This document shows, piece after piece, positions 59,658 through 64,000 of a DNA stretch of 64,000 nucleotides. Source of the DNA: Candidatus Dadabacteria bacterium. Lineage in GTDB: Bacteria; Desulfobacterota_D; UBA1144; Nemesobacterales; CSP1-2. The stretch's first letter is position 1; every line of letters starts with the position of its first letter. Under the pieces are notes generated by a model that saw only the letters and a list, made by a program, of their open reading frames with translations, ran no database searches and was not told the DNA's origin. Made by a program: the position numbers and the translations under genes. The DNA lies in the NCBI GenBank assembly GCA_963805855.1, contig CAWDVW010000006.1, positions 32,001 through 96,000 of the forward strand. Reading direction: 5' to 3'.

Positions 59658-59726
59658 ATGAGTAAATTTCAGAAATTTATTATATTTTTGGATTCTCCCT
59701 CAAGGGGATCTGTGAGAAATTGAAAC

Positions 59727-60098
59727 ATGCAAATGAACGGTAAACAGCAAAGAATACATATATCTGAAATCGATGAATTTCTGGCCCGTAGTTTGACCGC
59801 AGGTCAGATGAAGCCATTTCGGCTTGCATTAAGCAAGAACGGCGACCAGGGATATCTAAAGGCATTTATAGCAGAAAATGATGAGTTTAGTGAAGATGAC
59901 GGTGTAGATTTCGAGTTATCACCTTGTGAAAATAAAGACCTCGACGAGTTTGATATCAGCGATTTCGTTATGAAGGCTGTATATACGAGCTCAGCCTACG
60001 AGCTTTTTGATTATATTTTTACATATTGCCATTCGATAGAGTGTGTTGTCGATTTTAAAGAAAATGCCTGGTTAGTGAAGGTCGTGAAGACCGGTTAA
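59727..60098 (+). CDS. Hypothetical acidic protein
   Basis: 123-aa ORF, 6 bp from the next ORF; no recognised motif. Confidence 0.6.
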   Translation: MQMNGKQQRIHISEIDEFLARSLTAGQMKPFRLALSKNGDQGYLKAFIAENDEFSEDDGVDFELSPCENKDLDEFDISDFVMKAVYTSSAYELFDYIFTYCHSIECVVDFKENAWLVKVVKTG

Positions 60099-60104
60099 CG
60101 GTAA

Positions 60105-60626
60105 ATGAAAAAGAGAGAACTAAAGTTGGCGGCTAAGCTATGGGGTGAGATTCGTAATTCTCTTTTGCTGTGTGGTGATATTGGAGAATTCTCACCTGAA
60201 GATTTTGAATACTCTGATATTCCCAGGGTCATATGGTATGAGAGACCGGTCCTGCCGCTATTGCTTTTGGAGAGGCTCCGGGATCTGGACGTTGAGGTGA
60301 ATGAGGTATTCTGGAACGTATTTGAAGCTTTGGCAATCGGTGCGGCTAGAAGGTTAGGCTTTGAAGGCAAGATGGCAATAGTGTTTGCCGATTCGCTGAC
60401 GTGTGTTAGAACGCACATGGTTGGAGGACATCGAACACAGGCCGAGCAGTGTATTTCTCAGGAAATCTTTTTAAGAGAGGTGCCACTCGAATCAGACTGG
60501 GATCCTAATTCGGTTCAAGTTCAGAGGCAACACCTACTAATCTTTAAAAAAATCAAGGAATGGCAGCTTGACCCTGCTCTCTATAAGCAAGAAATCAGCA
60601 AATTCTGGAGCGAACGGAACACCTAG
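60105..60626 (+). CDS. Hypothetical protein
   Basis: 173-aa ORF coupled to the upstream ORF; no recognised motif. Confidence 0.6.
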   Translation: MKKRELKLAAKLWGEIRNSLLLCGDIGEFSPEDFEYSDIPRVIWYERPVLPLLLLERLRDLDVEVNEVFWNVFEALAIGAARRLGFEGKMAIVFADSLTCVRTHMVGGHRTQAEQCISQEIFLREVPLESDWDPNSVQVQRQHLLIFKKIKEWQLDPALYKQEISKFWSERNT

Positions 60627-60744
60627 TGCACGTGATTGAACCTCATATAATCGATAATCTCACTGGTCGAGCGGTCATCGGCAAAGTTCATTCTCCGGCT
60701 TTATGCGCCCCACTCGATCATTCTCTCAATTGCTGGGAAAGCGG

Positions 60745-61821
60745 TTAAAAGTAGTTGATTATTCTGTAGAATGTATCTCTCTGTGCGGGCTTGAATCCGG
60801 CGCTACTTATCATATGAGCAAGCTCATCGACCGTCGATCTGAGTTTATTTTCAGCGCAGCCCAAAACGTTTTCATCGTATAATGTGCCCCCTAAATCGTT
60901 TGCACCGTAATGGACGGAAATCGAGCCCATCTTCTTGCCTTGAGTAAACCATGAACCCTGAATGTGGGTAATATTGTCAAGATAAATTCTTGATAAAGCA
61001 AGGACACGCAGGTATCTGTCCCCACTGATTTCATGGGGAAGCTTTCGTTCTAGAAATGTATTCTTCGGTTTAAATGTCCAGGGAATAAACGCTAGAAAGC
61101 CCGAAGTCTCATCCTGAAGGGCTCTTATTCTTTCAAGGTGCTCAATGATATCTGCGTCCTCTTCAAAATGTCCAAACATCATAGTGGCAGTGGTTTTAAA
61201 ACCGATCATATGTGACTCTCTGGTTACCTCTATCCACTGATCAGCGTTTATTTTCAACGGACTTATCCTTTTTCTAATTCTATTACTCAGAACCTCAGCC
61301 CCGCCTCCGGGTATCGTTCTGAGGCCCGCCCCCCATAGTTTTTCCAATACCTCTTTTGTGGTAATTTCTGAATATTTTGCTATTGCGCTAATCTCGGGGG
61401 CTGAAAAGGCATGGAGATGAAGATCGGGAATCTCTTCGTTCACCCTCCTCACCAATTCAACGTAGTATTCGAGCTTCAATTCCGGGTTATGACCACCTTG
61501 CAAGAGTACAGTGGTGGCTCCATTGTGAAAAGATGTCTTCATGAGCGTAATGAGCTGATCTATCGATAAGGTATAGGCGTCTGAGGCACCCGGTGGTCTC
61601 CAGAATGCGCAGAAAAGGCATTCTGTGTCACACACATTTGTATAATTCGGGTTTGTGTCTGCTACGAATGTAACATATCCATCGGGGTGGAATCTCTTTC
61701 TAGTTATGTCTGCTAAGGCGCCTAATTCAAGCAGGTCGGTTTCACTGAGGAGTGCGAGTCCTGCATCAGGAGTTATACGCTCTTGGCTCAACACCTTACT
61801 GACAACATCGTTTATTGCCAT
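60745..61821 (-). CDS. mqnC: Cyclic dehypoxanthinyl futalosine synthase (radical SAM)
   Basis: NYTNVCDTECLFCAF (CxxxCxxC), LLQGG, IPGGGAE, TTATMMFG, FIPW, YGANDLGG. Confidence 0.88.
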   Translation of the reverse strand: MAINDVVSKVLSQERITPDAGLALLSETDLLELGALADITRKRFHPDGYVTFVADTNPNYTNVCDTECLFCAFWRPPGASDAYTLSIDQLITLMKTSFHNGATTVLLQGGHNPELKLEYYVELVRRVNEEIPDLHLHAFSAPEISAIAKYSEITTKEVLEKLWGAGLRTIPGGGAEVLSNRIRKRISPLKINADQWIEVTRESHMIGFKTTATMMFGHFEEDADIIEHLERIRALQDETSGFLAFIPWTFKPKNTFLERKLPHEISGDRYLRVLALSRIYLDNITHIQGSWFTQGKKMGSISVHYGANDLGGTLYDENVLGCAENKLRSTVDELAHMISSAGFKPAQRDTFYRIINYF

Positions 61822-62005
61822 TTCTTATTTATTGAACCCAATAGCGCATTGAGTGTCAATCTGAGTATGGTTCTAGGGCAGTACAGTCCAGGGTTCAAGG
61901 TATGAATTATCTCTAAATCTCAAAATAATAATTCCAGGTGAGTACATAAGCCCTGAGATGATACTACTAACTCATCGATAAGCCCTGGAAGGGTTCGCCT
62001 GGTAT

Positions 62006-62259
62006 GACAAGGCGAGGTTTTCCAACCCCGCACGGATAATACATAACGATTGGAAACCTAAAGGTTTCCGCTACATTTAGCTATAACGCAGTTTTATGTA
62101 GCGGAGGACTTTAGTCCTCCATAAAATCAATGGAATGGAAACAATCGGGAAACAAATGTCCCGAGACGGGAGATTCCTGTCCCGTTCAATAAAAATGTTG
62201 CCCATCTAATCCGGCTTATACAATCAAATTGAATCGGGGGTTGGAAAACCCCGACTATC
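62006..62259. repeat. REP-like cluster: GTAG pair flanked by GATAG/GACAAG hairpins
   Basis: 62051-62078 and 62096-62127 nearly identical to 31881-31908 and 31841-31872; 62006-62031 and 62235-62259 match the 10237 family. Confidence 0.75.
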
Positions 62260-62403
62260 CGGCTGTAGACCGTTACAGAAGAATCTCGATCAACAACTCG
62301 GAGCTCGGAGTGAACGGCTTTACACCAGGACAAATTGTACGCCGCTGCCTACCTAAGGTAGTCAACTTGAGAGTGCTATGAAACAAGTGTAGATTATTCA
62401 ACT

Positions 62404-63825
62404 ATGAGGTTGGCTTCTTTATTAATCCTCGGTCTATTTTCCATTCTTAGTTTTTCCGACAGCTTTGGAATCGAAAAGACTACGAAAGAGAGGTGGATGG
62501 GCATTTATTCAGGAAAGGACAAGGTAGGATATTCCCGAACCAAAATCATTACAAATAACGGGTCGAGAGAAGCTTCCGAACAACTGAAACTTAAGATGAA
62601 AGTTCTGGGAAAGGATCAAGAAGTCGATACAAATGCGAAATATTTGCTTGACGGGTTCAATTTGAAGGAATTTGAGTTTTCCATGAAAGCAGGTTTAGTC
62701 GATCTTAAGGTCACAGGTGTGAGAAATGGGGATAAACTTAAGATGAAAATAGCATCGATTTCAGGAAACACCGAACTTAATATCCCGATAGATAGAGAAC
62801 CGGTGATCAATACAGTTCTGTATGATTGGCTAATATCAAAGAATCCCGAATTAGGGAAAAGTTACGAAGTTTTACTTTTCGATCCCACTGCGGTCTTAAC
62901 CGGGTCGGAGCTTGGGAGTTTAAAAGCAACGCTGACGGTTGAAGGCGAAGAAGAAATCTCAATCCCCCTAGGAACATTTAAAACTTACAGGGTTAGGATG
63001 AACTATTTAGGTTCAGAGGATACAGCCTGGATAACCCCGAATGGAGAACTCGTAAAAGAGGTCTCGCCGCTGGGACTTGTGTCCTTTAAAGAAAACCGGG
63101 AAGATTTTATTAAAAGCAATATCTCGAGCTTAGATATTGTGGATAAAACTGCCATATCTTCAAATCTGAGAATTGAGAAACCTCGGGACCTTGAGTTCTT
63201 GCGTATAAGGATTGGTGGCATTGAATCAACCGACGGATTAGATCTCATAGATAATTACAGACAGTTTATTAAGGATGGCTTACTCGAAGTAAGGGTGGGT
63301 TCTCTTTCAGATATTAATACTTATGAAATTCCATATACTGATAAGGCGCTAAAGGCATATACTCAGGAGAGCATCTTAATTCAGAGTACGAATGATGAAA
63401 TAGTGAAAAAGGCGGGTGTTATTTTGGGCGGCGAAAAAAATTCTCTTGAAGCTGCAAGAAAAATAAATGATTGGGTCTATAAAAACCTGGAAAAGACTCC
63501 CACAATAAGCCTCCCTAATGCACTCGATGTTCTGGAGAGTCGGAAAGGCGACTGCAATGAACACGCTGCACTTTTTACAGCGCTTGCAAGAGCGGCAGGC
63601 ATTCCCACAAAGTTGGTTCTCGGTCTCGTTTTTTTGGATGGAAAATTCTATTATCATGCCTGGAACGAGGCATTCGTTGGCAAATGGATTGCGGTAGACC
63701 CCACATTTGGTCAGTTGCCCGCCGATGCTTCGCACATTAAATTTGTAGAGGGTAACCTCAACAGGAGCTCAGACATATTGAGATTGGTGGGGAAAATCGA
63801 ATTGGATGTAGTTGAGGCGTCTTAA
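62404..63825 (+). CDS. Secreted transglutaminase-domain protein
   Basis: Signal peptide; beta-rich N-terminus; triad GDCNEH / YHAWNE / VDPT. Confidence 0.85.
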   Translation: MRLASLLILGLFSILSFSDSFGIEKTTKERWMGIYSGKDKVGYSRTKIITNNGSREASEQLKLKMKVLGKDQEVDTNAKYLLDGFNLKEFEFSMKAGLVDLKVTGVRNGDKLKMKIASISGNTELNIPIDREPVINTVLYDWLISKNPELGKSYEVLLFDPTAVLTGSELGSLKATLTVEGEEEISIPLGTFKTYRVRMNYLGSEDTAWITPNGELVKEVSPLGLVSFKENREDFIKSNISSLDIVDKTAISSNLRIEKPRDLEFLRIRIGGIESTDGLDLIDNYRQFIKDGLLEVRVGSLSDINTYEIPYTDKALKAYTQESILIQSTNDEIVKKAGVILGGEKNSLEAARKINDWVYKNLEKTPTISLPNALDVLESRKGDCNEHAALFTALARAAGIPTKLVLGLVFLDGKFYYHAWNEAFVGKWIAVDPTFGQLPADASHIKFVEGNLNRSSDILRLVGKIELDVVEAS

Positions 63826-63828
63826 GAC

Positions 63829-64000
63829 ATGAGGAATAATAGATTTACGGAGCTATTTCGGATGAGCAAAAAAGGGCTTATATTCCTGTTGTTAATTATT
63901 TGTTCCTGTGCGGACAGAGGCATTCAGTTAAAAACAGCCGATACCTCCGGGCATGAAAATATAGAGCAGGCTGAGCCATTACCGAGCAGGTACGATGCCT
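63829..64000 (+). CDS. Partial ORF, possible lipoprotein (runs off the window)
   Basis: Open frame 3 bp after the previous stop; MSKKGLIFLLLIICSC lipobox-like. Confidence 0.5.
   Translation, partial: MRNNRFTELFRMSKKGLIFLLLIICSCADRGIQLKTADTSGHENIEQAEPLPSRYDA

Overview
Bacterial chromosomal window. The gene content (etfBA, murI-radA-LonC, recR-ybaB-dnaX, mqnC, sigma54 two-component system) suggests a deltaproteobacteria-like lineage such as Ca. Dadabacteria, but that is an impression, not a tested placement. It holds about 50 CDS, three tRNAs (Pro-CGG, Ser-GGA, Leu-CAA), SRP RNA, a complete IS481-family element inserted into a palindrome, and several families of REP-like intergenic palindromes. 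Most notable: (1) a di-haem cytochrome c peroxidase/MauG-like gene directly upstream of a PhnDCE-type ABC transporter whose binding protein has altered oxyanion-binding motifs; (2) a 53-aa secreted microprotein divergent from a sigma54 two-component system, with two sigma54 promoters and tandem enhancer-like sites (zraP/zraSR-like layout); (3) a four-helix-bundle (23S rRNA IVP/Avd-like) gene enclosed by inverted heptamer-repeat arrays; (4) a block joining a diadenylate cyclase, MgtE, glycerate kinase, a glucosylglycerate-synthase-like enzyme and MscS-type proteins to the ATP-grasp/alpha-E/Anbu/transglutaminase operon, with decayed mgtE and glycosyltransferase paralogues between them. All calls are from motif recognition by eye; no database searches were run.
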